Source of the DNA: Antedon mediterranea
Lineage: Eukaryota; Animalia; Echinodermata
NCBI RefSeq assembly: GCF_964355755.1
Contig: NC_092679.1
Span: forward strand, 402,201 to 466,200
Reading direction: 5' to 3'
DNA length: 64,000 nt
Shown: one piece after another, positions 43,392-56,700 of the stretch
How the letters are laid out: every line of letters begins with the position of its first letter
Position numbering within the stretch: position 1 is the stretch's first letter
The notes under the pieces: generated by a model
Seen by the model: the letters and a program-made list of their open reading frames with translations, nothing else
What the model was told of the DNA's origin: nothing
The model's database searches: none
Position numbers and translations under genes: made by a program

Positions 43392-46300
43392 AAAACTGAG
43401 AGTAACAATGAAATAGTTATTATTATTAGTATTCAATAATTGTATTATCCTGTTGAAGATGAAATGAATAAATAGTGGTTAACGCCACAAAAGAAAAAAA
43501 AAGATTGAGTTAAGCGAAAACACATGCGATATGTTGTATTACCAAAATTTCTACGATACAGGAGAGATCTAGTTGCCAAACTGTGCCCCTCTCGACAAGG
43601 TGCATTGTTTCACTAGAGAGAATATATAAATTAATATTATTTTACGGCAATAAAAGAAAAGTAGGCTCATTCTTTCTTTTCGCTTTTTCTCTCAACAGCC
43701 ATGCTTTTCCTTGCAACTCCAATTGGTGCAATCATCGGTTACTTCACAAGTTTCATGTCTTTGCGAGTGTATGTAGACTTCGATAGAATTTCCATGGAGG
43801 AGTGGCCACAAATACCACGTTCTGACCCAAGATGGATAGGCGCATGGTGGTTCGGATTTGCAGTGGCTTCTGCTCTTTTAGCGGTCTCTGCTATTCCTTT
43901 CCTACTCTTCCCGAAAGAACCAATCGAATGCAGGAAAAAACGAACAAACAGTGAAGCACCAGCAATGGATATACGAGTTGTGAAACCAAAACGGAAGAAG
44001 AGCGTCATGGAATTGATAAAAGGTATCTTGTATGATCAAAATTATTTTCTGCATACTGCTCTCCTCCGCCAATAACCGATATAAGCCAAATTTACTGTAC
44101 AACAGTTGTTTTTTGCTGAGATTTGTCAAATCCTATAAAAACAAGTACAACCAGAGTAATTTCAATGAATGTTCGAAATATCCAACTGTTTCTACGAATG
44201 GTGTTAATTCGTTCTTGATAGGGTTGCTTCAAGCTCTCAAGCGAATGGCCACAAATCCTGCCATGGTATTCATTTGTCTATCGTCATCATCTGGCTCTGC
44301 TGCTTATGCTGTTTCTGGCGCTTTCGGAATAAAATATTTTGTTGATGAATTTGGCAAATCTAATTCCAGCGCATCTCTTGTTGGAAGTAAGTCATTGTTT
44401 CTTATTTTTTATTTTTATAATTTCAAAAAACTTCGTTTTAAAAGTAAATTCATCAGTGATACCATAAATTGACTTGCATATGTTGACAAAATCTTTTCCT
44501 CATGTTGTTGACCAAGATTGGTCCAAAAACGTATAATAGTTCTCAAAATGTTTGAAAATTTATACCAGTTTAAAAATAAGATATTTTTTCCTTAATTACG
44601 CAGTAGCGATCCTCCCAGTATTAATATTGGCATATCTTATTGGTGGTTACGTCATCAAACGTTGGAAGTTGAACGCCAAGCAGTGCGCCTTGTTTGGGTT
44701 TTTCGTGGATGCTCCAAGTTGTCTTATGTACTTTTTGTTATTGTTTGTGGGATGTCCAAATAGTGACGTGGCTGGTGTTACTGTTCCGTATACTGGAGGA
44801 CTACCTGGGTAAGTAATAATCTGATAAAGCAGCTATTTAGTTCATCACACTCTTCTGTGCGAACACAACGCATGACGTACGCGCAACGCAAGTGATTTGA
44901 CCCAATCAGCACGCAAGTGGGAAACCTATCTTTGTATGGCGCCTCGCATTTGTAATGGGATATAGAACTCAAAACTAAATGATTTATCCTCACAAAAGTA
45001 TAACCATTATATTGTTGTACTTTAAAAAAATAGAAATGTTAGCCTTATTGCGGAATGTAACAACCAATGCGGGTGTCCCGAAATTTACAATTACGAACCA
45101 CTTTGTATCAACAACGTAACGTTCATGTCACCGTGTCACGCAGGATGCACAGTCATGGAAAAACAACAGAATAGTCAAAAGGTAGACTCGACGTAATCAA
45201 TAACCTATTATTGATTGATTTATTGATTGATTGCTTATTAAATGAATTGTAGTTTAATAATTAATAACTGAATTGATTTTGATGATAAATAATCGATCGG
45301 TTGGATCCGAATGTTACCAAAGCATTCCTTTATACGCCTTGATTGAATGTTTATGGCCATTAGGAAATGCTCTAGATCGATGAACTTGAAATACATTTTC
45401 TGAAATAAAAAATCAAATTAAAATTGATCCATTAATCAGTTGACTAGCATTGTATCATTTTTTTTTAGATGTATTCAAATTGTACATGTGATCCAGATGC
45501 CCTCGTGCAGAATGGCGCATGCCCAGTTGATGATGTATGTAACACTAATTTCATGCTTGCAGTGTTATTGATAATAATAGCTCTGGGTACGAGTAGCCTG
45601 GGCAGAAGTGCTGATATTATCGTTTCTTTACGGTACGTGTACGCACAACTTAGTTCAATTATTAATTATTACTTGTTGATATTGATATGGTTTTGTATTA
45701 GTTAAATGAAGTACTTTCCATCTTTTTAGATGTGTTGATAAGGAAGACAGATCGCTGGCTCTTGGAATCAAGATATTCATTGTCAACATTTTAGGTATAC
45801 ATGTTTAAAGTCAATCTTGTGTAGCATCTTCTTCTTCTTAACCTATTTCTTTCCCCTGCAGGACGAAGGCCTCTTCACCAATTGACCATTCACTTCTGTC
45901 TCTAGCTACTTTTTGCCATGCAAAGACATGACATGTGTAGCATAAATAGTTCTAAAGGAACCTACGTATTTATTTACTCTTTTATTCCTGATAAATAAAG
46001 TTTAAATAATTGTCTGAATACCACACTTATCTTTTCACAGCATTTTTCCCGTCACCGGTGTACTTTGGTGCTTTGCTTAACTGGACATGCTTAGAGTTTG
46101 CATACAAACCAACCGGAGAGCGTGGTGCATGTTTGGTGTACGATAGGACCAGATACCGTCATGTCTTTTACGGCATGTATACCGTTCTTCACTTGTGTGC
46201 TTTATTCTGTTGGCTTATGGTTTATTTTACCGTGGAGGAGAAAAACAAGGGGGTAAGAAAATATAATTGCCAATAATAGAACATTTTTTAACGGCAGAAG

Positions 46301-46661
46301 CGAAAGCGTGTGATATTTTAGTGAGGAATAAAGCGAGTTGACCAATCGGAAGCAGTTCCGTTGATCCATCGTGATTGGTCAAATTACTTTGCGTTGCGTC
46401 CTAGTGAGAAGCAAACGGTCATATGCTTGCGCGATAAAATTGGTCACGCGAGTTGTTGATGTGACGTCATCGAGCGCATCAGTAAAACCACAGTGAAATT
46501 ACTAATTTCACTTTTTCTGGTAGAACAATTCGTTAAAATTAAATTATAATCAACTTTTAGTCGTTAAAAAAAAATGATAATGTTTTTATAACCGGATTAT
46601 TTTTCAGATGGACACACCAAACGAGGCTAATGATGGCCAGGAAATGAATGATTTTGAATGA
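41557..46661 (+). CDS. Solute carrier organic anion transporter (OATP/SLCO family), copy 1, intact, 9 coding exons
   Basis: Exons 41557-42292, 43699-44022, 44222-44386, 44604-44808, 45034-45181, 45469-45632, 45730-45794, 46041-46252, 46608-46661. OATP signature DPRWIGAWWFGF, HRPRWIA, LGTTYIDD, Kazal-like Cys loop, FFPSPVYFG. Confidence 0.93.
42380..42940 (+). mobile_element. 5'-truncated L1/Tx1-clade LINE remnant (C-terminal CCHC zinc finger)
   Basis: ~42403-42690 translates as NIKLLHCITPTKRRLLKWKISNTDTCLQCNVVEDDAHFFYECTGVKHLW. A-rich tail at ~42925-42940. Absent from the paralogous intron of copy 2. Confidence 0.8.
43302..43388. repeat. (TA)n microsatellite
   Basis: Uninterrupted TA run of ~87 bp. 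Confidence 0.98.
45828..45933 (-). mobile_element. RTE-clade LINE 3' remnant with 10-bp TSD (also at 52438-52543)
   Basis: The - strand reads WQKVARDRSEWSIGEEAFVLQ (followed by W in copy 2) and ends in an (AAG)n tail. Flanked by TGTGTAGCAT direct repeats (45818-45827, 45934-45943). Confidence 0.8.
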
Positions 46662-47339
46662 TTTACTGAAAGAGAAAACTTCGTTTTATAATGTAATAAT
46701 TAAACAGTTAAAATATTTAGTGTATTGTATTTGTTTTCTGCAGAAAAAACGAATAAAATGATTTTATTTTCTTTTTTTTATTAACTTTTTGGTCAATATA
46801 GTAAATATTATGTGACATTTAACTGGCATACTCAAAGTGGTTTAATCATATTAATTATGCTTGTTAGATTGATGTAAACAACTGTCACATTATGGTTTTT
46901 GTTGGGTGAATGAATGAAATGTATATACATAATAATATAATAATAATATTTATTCGGCAAAAGTTCATAAAGTACATTTTACAATTCATCTTGCCAGGAG
47001 CAAGTAATAGGCATGAGCCCAAACAGAAAACTGCTCTTACTTCATCAACATACATAGTATAGGCCTAGGAGTTGACTGTATTAGGCATACTTTAAACAAT
47101 AAATGCATATGAAATTAAAGAAATAAAAGAACAACAATATTCACTCCTATACTAAATTTCTCTCTCTCTTTTCACCATCAACTTATGTTTTGATTTACAA
47201 TCAGACGTGACGTAACAGACGACAGGAGAACAACATGTTAACAATTTCACCTGTTAAAAAAGATAATAATTTTGAATCTAGATAGAAATGTCTTAGAAAT
47301 GATAATAAAAGAACCTTAAATAAAGAATACGCAATACAA

Positions 47340-47808
47340 AATCGCTGCAGCTATAATAGTTACACTTCGTATTATTTGGTGATAGTCACAGGTTGGACAG
47401 CTAAGGTCCAATATGACAAGTAAGTAAGGGGTTTTCACGTCATAATACGTAAGCATAAACACGTTAAAGGCAAAAGAAAAATTATATATAGAGTAAAAAT
47501 AAATTTAAATACCAGTGGAAAGTTAAACCTTTGTTCCATGGAATAAGTTATTATTTATTCCTAGTGACGACCATGCTAATATAGTTCCTACCAGTGTTTG
47601 TGAGTTGAGTACGGTCTTAACTGTCGAAATGGAAAACTGTGTATAGACTTCCGAATCAGGAAAAGGGGAGATTTCTTCCACACACAAAAAACTATTTAGA
47701 CTGTGAAAAAACTAGTAACGCCTAATATCAGGCTTTGAAGTTTTCAGGTTTTAAGCATTTTCCCAACCGATGGGAATCAAGATCCTGAACGAGTCCTCGA
47801 TGGTGAGG
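47340..47808 (+). pseudogene. Orphan degenerate copy of carboxypeptidase exons 1-2
   Basis: GGTGATAGTCACAGGTTGGACAGCTAAGGTCCAATATGACAA|gtaagt matches 53818-53865 but lacks the ATG. 47740-47808 matches exon 2 (54149-54221) with a deletion. No further exons follow. Confidence 0.9.
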
Positions 47809-48422
47809 TAAGGTTTAATCAATCAATTAACAGAACTCCATGGTATAATAAAGCAGTATAAACCATATAAATGAAAATAAATAAAACAGCTACCTTATGT
47901 AATTTACGAACATATGTTATCAAAACGGTGTCAGTAACTAATTAGTAGGATTATTCAGTTACTGTCCGTATGTTGTCATTTAAAGATAACGTATATCATG
48001 CCAGTCTTTTTATTCTTTTTTCGTTGCTATTTTTAATAATTTTTATTTGTTTCTTCAATTTATTTTTGCTCTAAATATTACTGTACTTTTATAATGTAAG
48101 ATTGGTTATTTATTAGTTTATTATATATTTTAAAATATTTCAAACAATAATAATTATACAAAAGATAATTTATTGTCAGCCCATATTAACAATATCAAAA
48201 CGCATTCCTTAAGACAATAGCCTTAGTAACGATCAAAAGCGGTATCATTTACATGTTCTACCAATTTACTGGTATCAATGAATTGGTTAATTAAAAAGGT
48301 TTTATTAAACATTGTAAGGAGTGATACTAATGTACTTACAACATTGTTCAATACAGAATTCTCGAAGTAACAAATTGTGAAAAGTGTCTTCATTTTGTTT
48401 AGATTGTTTGAATTAGTTTATA

Positions 48423-51400
48423 ATGGATGAAGATTCGAAATTAAAAACTAATAAGGATGGGGTCTTGTCTTCTGGGAATGTTTTTAACTGGTGTTTGAAA
48501 ATCATAGTAAAAACATCTTAATACATCTTCCCCCCTTTCCCCACATGGGAGTGTCTTACCGGACTTCCTGCTGACCATTCATGCGAACCATATTGATTTT
48601 ACCATTAATACTATTATTATGTACATATTTTATTTCAAATTATTTATGTACATGAACGTTGTCTGGTATTTTTGTAGGCCTACTGTATATATAAACGGTA
48701 TCCAAACTTACAAACACTTATTATTGTGTTACTATTGAACATTGTAATTGTGAGCGATCTGACGCCGTGATGATGAAAGAAAATAAAGACAACAGCGACG
48801 ATGACGCTAAATGTGTTTGTGATTCTTGCACTCCATCATGGTTACAATGTTTCAAAGGAGTAAAATTCTTTACTTTTGTAACACTTTTTGCTCTCATTAG
48901 TAAAGTATTTGCGAGTATCTTTTTCGGTGCTGTGATCTCTACATTAGAGCGGCAGTTTAATATGGATAGTGTGAAATCCGGTGTGTTACTTGTTATCAAC
49001 GACATGATGGACTTCATTTTTGTGATCTTTGTCACTCATTTCGGTCATATGGGCCATCGGCCTAGATGGATTGCTACTGGATTGTTCATGGCAGCGATTG
49101 GATGCTTTCTCTGCATTGTTCCACACATTATGAATGAATATGTACCACCAGGAAGAAAGAATGCAGAGCCATCTCTTTGTAGCAGCAATGCAGGGTTACC
49201 AACAAAGCAGAACATGACGGAGATGTATGAAAATGCGATGCCTGATGACATCATGGATAAAACAGAGGGGCTGCAATCAATGTGGAGTAATGTTTTTTGG
49301 CTGATGTTGGGTCAAATCCTTATTGGAATTGGTAATACTCCTTTAAAACCTCTCGGCACTACGTACATTGACGATTCTGTTGAAGATCATAAGACTGGAT
49401 TCCATGTTGGTTAGTATAATGTTCTTAAACCTACAACAAGTTAGTAATACAACCTATCTTTTGTATCGCGTGTGTGGCCTGTTAAATATAAGGTTAGGTT
49501 AAGATTGAGCTAGGCGATACTGTGAAACACATGCGATGTGTTGTATTACCAACATTTCTATAATACTGGAGAGATCTAGTTGTCAAATGTTGCGCCTCTC
49601 GACAAAGAAATAGCAAATAATATTATGTATTACCAAAAATATTCCGGCAATTAAAGAAGAGTAGACTAATTCTTTCTTTTCATCTTTTAAAATGTCTTTC
49701 GTACATATTCGCTTTCTCCCTAAACAGCCATGCTTTTCCTTGCAACTCCAATTGGTGCAACCATTGGTTACTTCACAAGTTTTATATCTTTGCGAGTGTA
49801 TGTAGACTTCGATAGAGTTCCTATAAAGGATTGGCCAAGAATACCACGTTCTGATCAAAGATGGATAGGCGCATGGTGGTTCGGATTTGCAGTGGCTGCT
49901 GCTCTTTTAGCGGTCTCTGCTATTCCTTTCCTACTCTTCCCGAAAGAACCAATCGAATGCAGGAAAAAACGAACAAACAGTGAAGCACCAGAAGTGGATA
50001 TACGAGTTGTGAAACCAAAACCTAAGAAGAATGTAAAAGAATTGATAAAAGGTATCTTGTATGATCAAAATTATTTTTCTGCATCCCTCTCTCTTCACGT
50101 AACCGATATAAACCAAATTTACTTTCCAGCAGTTGTGTTTTGTTGAGATTTGTCAAATCCTATAAAAACAAGTACAACCAGAATAATTTCAATGGTTATG
50201 GTTGTTTTTTCTAAATTTGTATAGCGCAAAATACAAGTAGTCTGTATGCGCTGTTTAACACAAGTTTAAAAAGAAAGCGTTATTGTTAAATAAACCAGGA
50301 AAAAGCCTAATAAACTGAACAAATTAACCCAAGACAACAGAAAAAAAAGTCAGAAAACGGAGCCTCCCATCACCATACTGTTCCGCTAACTTGTCAAGAC
50401 AAGCCAGCTATTTATTCACAAGTGTCATAATGATGTGATCATCGGACTCTCCTGCCTAACAAACAATGAAATTGATATATAATAAGTTCACACAGAACGA
50501 AACAAATGAGTCGTCAAGTGAGCTTTGAAGATCGAAACGGACGGAGACTCACGAATGACTAAAGGCAACAAAGAGTTTGACCATTTTGGAGCAGCGATGA
50601 CAAAAGATATCTCCCCACATGACTTGAATGTTAGAAATATCAAACTGTATCAACGAATGGTGTTAATTTGTTCTTGTTATTAATATGTTTGCTTCAAGCT
50701 CTCAAGCGAATGGCCACAAATCCTGCCATGGTATTCATTTGTCTATCGGCCTCATCTTCTACTGCTGCCTATGCTGTTTCTGGCGCTTTCGGAATAAAAT
50801 ATTTTGTTGATGAATTTGGCAAATCTAATTCCAGCGCATCTCTTGTTGGAAGTAAGTCATTGTTTCTTATTTTTCATTTTTATAATTAAATAAATGTCAT
50901 TTTAAAAGTAAAATTTTCAGTGTTAACAAAATCTCTTCCTCGTCTTACTGACTAAGATTGGTCCAAAAACGTATAATATTGGACAAAATGTTTGAAAATG
51001 TACAACAGTTTGGAAATAAGATATTATTTTTAAATTACACAGTAGCGATCCTCCCAGTATTAATATTGGCATATCTTATTGGTGGTTACGTCATCAAGCG
51101 TTGGAAGTTGAACGCCAAGCAGTGCGCCTTGTTTGGGTTTTTCGTGGATGCTCCAAGTTGTCTTGTGTACTTTTTGTTATTGTTTGTGGGATGTCCAAAC
51201 AGTGACTTGGCTGGTGTTACTGTTCCGTATACTGGAGGACTACCCGAGTAAGTACGCTAAATCAAAATAGTCTCACACTTCTGAGCGCACTGATTTAAGC
51301 TGGTCTCACAGCGCAGGACATAAGCGTGATTTGACCAATTACGACGCAAAGTGGGAAGCAAGCTTAAATAAAGCCTATTTTTCACAAGGCGAATTTGTTT

Positions 51401-53006
51401 GCGCGAATCGAAAACGTCAGCTTACACGCATGCGTAAAGAGGCATTTGGAAGATGGAAAAAACGTACTGTACAAATACGCCTAGTGAAAAATCGGTTTGC
51501 AATTGATTTTTCTTTCCATTAGGCGAACCGAAAGCGTCAGCATGCGTATTCATGTTTCCATCTTGCAAATTCTTCTCTACGCATGTGTATAGCTGACAAA
51601 TTTGCCTACTGGAAAATCGGCTTTAGATTGTGATGATGTGGATGTCGCCAGCGGCTCACATCTGTAATGAGATAAAAAAAAGTATTAAATCATTAAGTTC
51701 TTTTACTTTGTTTAAATAGAAATGTTAGCCTTATTGCGGAATGTAACAACCAATGTGGGTGTCCAGAAATTTACAAATACGAACCACTTTGTATCAACAA
51801 CGTAACGTTCATGTCACCGTGTCACGCAGGATGCACAGTCATGGAACGACAGAATAGACAAAAGGTAGACTCGACGTAATCAATAATCTGTTATTGATTG
51901 ATTTATTGATTGATTGCTTGTTAAATAACTTGTGGTTATAATAAATAACTTATTTATTACGATGATAAATAATCGATCGGTTGCATTTGGATTGTACTAT
52001 TGTATTATTACATACGCCTTAAATGAACTTATTTGATTTTATTTTAGATGTACTCAAATTGTACATGTGATCCAGATGCCTTCGCTCAGAATGGTGCATG
52101 TCCAGTTAATGATTTATGTAACACTAATTTCATGCTTGCAGTGTTATTGATGATAATAGCTCTGGGTACGAGTAGCCTTGGCAGAAGTGCTGATATTATC
52201 GTTACTTTACGGTACGTAGGCATAATCAAGTAACTTCGGCACAATTTAGTCTGTTATTGAATATAAATCGTTTATATTATTATTAGTGTGACTTGGTATG
52301 GTTTCATTTTGTAACATAATGTACTTTCCATCTTTTTAGATGTGTTGATAAGGAAGACAGATCGCTGGCTCTTGGAATCAAGATATTCATCGTCAACATT
52401 TTAGGTATACATGTTTAAAGTCAATCTTGTGTAGCATCTTCTTCTTCTTAACCTATTTCTTTCCACTGCAGGACGAAGGCCTCTTCACCAATTGACCATT
52501 CACTTCTGTCTCTAGCTACTTTTTGCCATGCAAAGACATGACATGTGTAGCATAAATGGTTCTAAAGGAACCTACGTATTTATTTACTCTTTTATTCCTG
52601 ATAAATAAAGTTTAAATAATTGTCTGAATACCACACTTATCTTTTCACAGCATTTTTCCCGTCACCGGTGTACTTTGGTGCTTTGCTTAACTGGACATGC
52701 TTAGAGTTTGCATACAAACCAACCGGAGAGCGTGGTGCATGTTTGGTGTACGATAGGACCAGATACCGTCATGTCTTTTACGGCATGTATACCGTTCTTC
52801 ACTTGTGTGCTTTATTCTGTTGGCTTATGGTTTATTTTACCGTGGAGGAGAAAAACAAGGGGGTAAGAAAATATAATTGCCAATAAATTGAATTATAATC
52901 AATTAATGGTTTAGTCGAATGATAACGTTTTTATAACCGGATTATTTTTCAGATGGACACACCAAACGAGGCTAATGATGACCAGGAAATGAATGATTTT
53001 GAATGA
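48423..53006 (+). CDS. OATP/SLCO copy 2, damaged (exon-1 insertion, lost exon-3 acceptor); pseudogene or rescued gene
   Basis: The ATG at 48423 runs into a stop inside a ~260-bp insertion (~48491-48754); the frame resumes at ATG 48770. Exons 48770-49409, 49728-50051, (50699)-50851, 51043-51247, 51720-51864, 52048-52211, 52340-52404, 52651-52862, 52953-53006 are all open. Confidence 0.75.
50195..50626 (-). mobile_element. L2/CR1-group LINE 3' remnant inserted in SLCO copy 2 intron 2
   Basis: The - strand reads FKSCGEISFVIAAPKWSNSLLPLVIRESPSVSIFKAHLTTHLFRSV*, typical of an ORF2 C-terminus, then a 3' tail AGCGCATACAG...GCGCTATACAAAT. Absent in copy 1. Confidence 0.85.
51369..51624. mobile_element. 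MITE with imperfect TIRs in SLCO copy 2 intron 4
   Basis: AAGCCTATTTTTCACAAGGCGAATTTG ... CAAATTTGCCTACTGGAAAATCGGCTT. Absent in copy 1. Confidence 0.7.
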
Positions 53007-53791
53007 TTTACTGAAAGAGAAAAAAATTACAATTATAATATAATGAACAAGTTTATGTGTAATGTATTCGTATTTATTCATTTCAAAGAAAAAGAATAAA
53101 ATGATTTAGATTGTTTTGATTAACTTTTTGGTCAAAGTAGGAACTATTATGTAATTTTTTCACTGTCATACTCAAAGTGGTTAAATCATATTGTTATTAC
53201 TATTAGCTTGTGGTATTGATTTGGGCCTAAACAACTTCTTTCCCTAACACTTGTTTAAGTTTATGTTGGGCGAATTATTGAAATTGCGTATACACAGTAT
53301 TATAGGCTTATTAGTTGACTGTATACAGTCTATCAAACTAGTTTCAGAAGAAAAAGTGGCAGTGATATGCCCAATTATGGTAGTATGACATCATCATGTC
53401 CATATATGGGCACATCACATTTTAAAAGTTTGATAGTGTAGACAGAGCTTTAAGCCTACTTATAAGTTTAAATAATAAATGTATTACTGTATAATGAAAT
53501 AAAGAAATAAAACGGCAACAATACTCACTCTTAATTATTTGAACAGATGTGAAATTTCAGAATGATAAGTTTCTTATCACTATCAACTTATGTTTGCTCA
53601 TGATACGCAGCAAAACTTACCATCTGACGTGACGTAACAGAATACATGACGACAAGAACAACATAGGGATAACAAAGTTGTTTCACCTGTTAAAAAAGAT
53701 AATAATATTGAACCTAGATAAAAATTTCTTTAAAAGAAATGATAGACAAAAGAACCTAATTCGCTGCAGCTTGCGACACTGAAAGGACATC

Positions 53792-56700
53792 ATGAAATCC
53801 GTCTTCATATTGTGTTTGGTGATAGCCACAGGTTTGGCCGCTAAGGTCCACTATGACAAGTAAGTTCTAGGGGGGATTTCACGTCCTAATACACAAGTCT
53901 AAAAACGTAGGAAAATTTATAAAGTATAAAATGTTAAATTAAATTCTAGTGGAGAGTTTTAAAAACTGTTTGCCTTTACTTTACTCCATATTTTTTCCAA
54001 TATGTTGTTCCTAGTAAGGCAAGATCATGTTAATTATGTCCTACCAGTGTTTGTTGAATTCGGTCTTGAATGTTGAATGGTAAGCTGTGATATGCATTTA
54101 CGTAGAGCGCGGCAACAAAACTAGCGACGCTAATATCTGATTTTGAAGTTTCCAGGTTTTAAGAATCTTTCCAACCGAAGAACGATGGAAGCAAGATCTT
54201 GAAAGAGTACTCGGTGGTGAGGTAAATTGTAATCAATAAATATTAGTTGTTTCCTTTATTTAAAACCTTAAAAAAGAAAATTCCAAAAGAATTAAAAATA
54301 CAACAACAACTACCTTATGTCAGCTACGATACTCAACAGATGTTAAAATTTGTTATCAAAACGGTATCAGTGACGTTAAGTAATTCAAACGGTTCAACTA
54401 ATTAGTAATATTATTCAGATAATACGTAACTATCCGTATGTTGTAAATTAGAACATGCTATCTGTATAGATTAGGTAATTGTTTCTGATATTTTACATTT
54501 TTTTAAAGTAAGGCGTCGAAATGTTTTCTTTCTTTAATTTATACTCAAAACTCATAACGCGTCATAATAGTTCCGCATGCGTCAATATTGTGCGTCTTGT
54601 AAACTCTGACACGCGCGGATTAATCACGCGCGCCCAGTTATTCAATAAACTGTATTGACACATTATTTTGTATCTTTGGCGCGTTTTTTACATTTTATCT
54701 AGTTTGATATATGGCGTGAAACAAAAGAACGCATCGACATCATGGTTGGACCAAAAGTTGTCAAAAAACTGACCGACATGCTGAAACGTAGAAACATTGA
54801 TTATGACGTCATGGTAGAAGATATTCAATCTCTAATTGATCAAGAGCGCCCCTCTGCTAAAATTAACATTGGTGGTGGAGGATCCGATTTTGATTACAAC
54901 GTCTACCACACATACGGTGAGGTAATATAGATTTTCAATATATTTGTACATACGAGGAAATATAACTTTAAAAAAAGAAAAAGTTTAAGATATTTTGTTT
55001 TAATTGGGCTTTGGTCTATGTTTACTATACAGATAATGACATGGGTAACCGACTTTGCCTCGGCTAATAAGGGACTTGTTACTGAAGTCGAAGTCGGTGA
55101 ATCCACCGAGGGACGTATTATCAAGGCTTTAAGGGTATGTATAATATCAACATAAGAGGAACAATTGCGAAAAAGACGTTCAACAATGCAACATATTCAA
55201 TTGACAGACGAGCGGTAACGGTAATACAAATAGAGAGAATCTATGTTATCCTTATGACCATTTTACACACACACAACACAGCGGATAGATACAGATTCTA
55301 CGTGGGACAAGCTACGCGGTTTTCCGCTTACCGCCGTTACCGCGCTCGTCTGGCCTTTATTCATTGCGATTGTTTTTATTACAGATTGGATCACAATCGT
55401 CAAACAATCCTGGAATTTACTTCCAAGGTGGTATTCATGCCAGAGAATGGATTTCACCGGCTACTATGATCAACTTGGCCAGAAAGGTAGTATAGACATT
55501 TTATTATATTTATATTCTACATTTTGTACGACATGGCTTAATAAAAATATATATAGACAGCATGTCGGCAGACAACGAAACATTGCGCATCCACCACAAA
55601 GATGACGATAAACTTCTATTCGTCTGCTTCTGTCAAACATTCAATTAATTAGAGCCTCAAAGGACAATTATATCCCTATAATTCAAACAGTTAATTCCAA
55701 TCAAATAATATTTGATCTTTATTATTGTCTTAACGTTTCAGCTTGTAGAAGAGTATGGATCTGACGACACTGCCACGAAAATACTTGATGCGTACGACCT
55801 GTACATTATACCAACAATGAATGTGGATGGCTATGTGTACACCCATACCAATGTACGAATTATCATAAAATGACACGTTTACCATTATAAACCATGTGAT
55901 GTAAAGCATAAACGTAATAAACCCGTTCTTTTATTTAACACAAGGACGGTAATATATACTTGCCCCAAGTCTGTAGTTTTTTTATGTTTTTCTGACCCAA
56001 AAGTATCAAGCTCAATTATTATACATACTAACGCCATATGTGCCAAAATATTTATCATTTTATTAATATTAAGTCAAAACTCCGTCTGAAACCGAGACTA
56101 GGACGGTAAGCGCAAAGTAAGTCATTTGACCAATCAAAAGCGACGTAATGTAAACTGTCGCTTGTCATTGCTCACTCGATTGCGTTGCATTGCGCCCTCT
56201 AGTGGGGGAACCAAGCATTAGTGGTACGCACGGTACTATATCCAAACTTGGTACATGGTACTCAATTCAGCTTATTGTGATGATAACTTGCCATATTTTT
56301 TTTTAACCGTTCAATTTGTGTTTACATTCAAATGTTTTAAATGTCAATAATCATCATTATTTGTTTATTAGGATCGGATGTGGAGAAAAAATCGCAAAAA
56401 CTACGGTACTGCATGTACTGGTGTTGATATGAACAGAAACTACCCAACTGGATTTGGTGGTAAAGGCCCATTTACGCTACTGTAGGACCTTAACGATCGA
56501 CGATAAATTAACATACCTTTTCCTACATAAAACAAGAACATCTAAAAAGTTAGAACTACACGATCTATGCTGCTTTTGTATAATAATATTTTCACACGTC
56601 ATAACGCACGTTAAAATGACATCATGAATAGTAAAAGCAATAATATCGCGACGATACAACGATTTTATTGTTATTGATCATGACGTCATTTACCAAGGAC

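Noticed and set aside
48491-48754. Exon-1 insertion of SLCO copy 2 as a newly gained intron
   Set aside because: Splicing from the GT at 48491 to the AG at 48754 is out of frame. The in-frame GT at 48480 (GTTTTT) and the acceptor are both very weak.
55137-55469. 110-aa ORF inside the carboxypeptidase gene
   Set aside because: Mostly intron 4 sequence and out of frame with the real exon 55385-55486.
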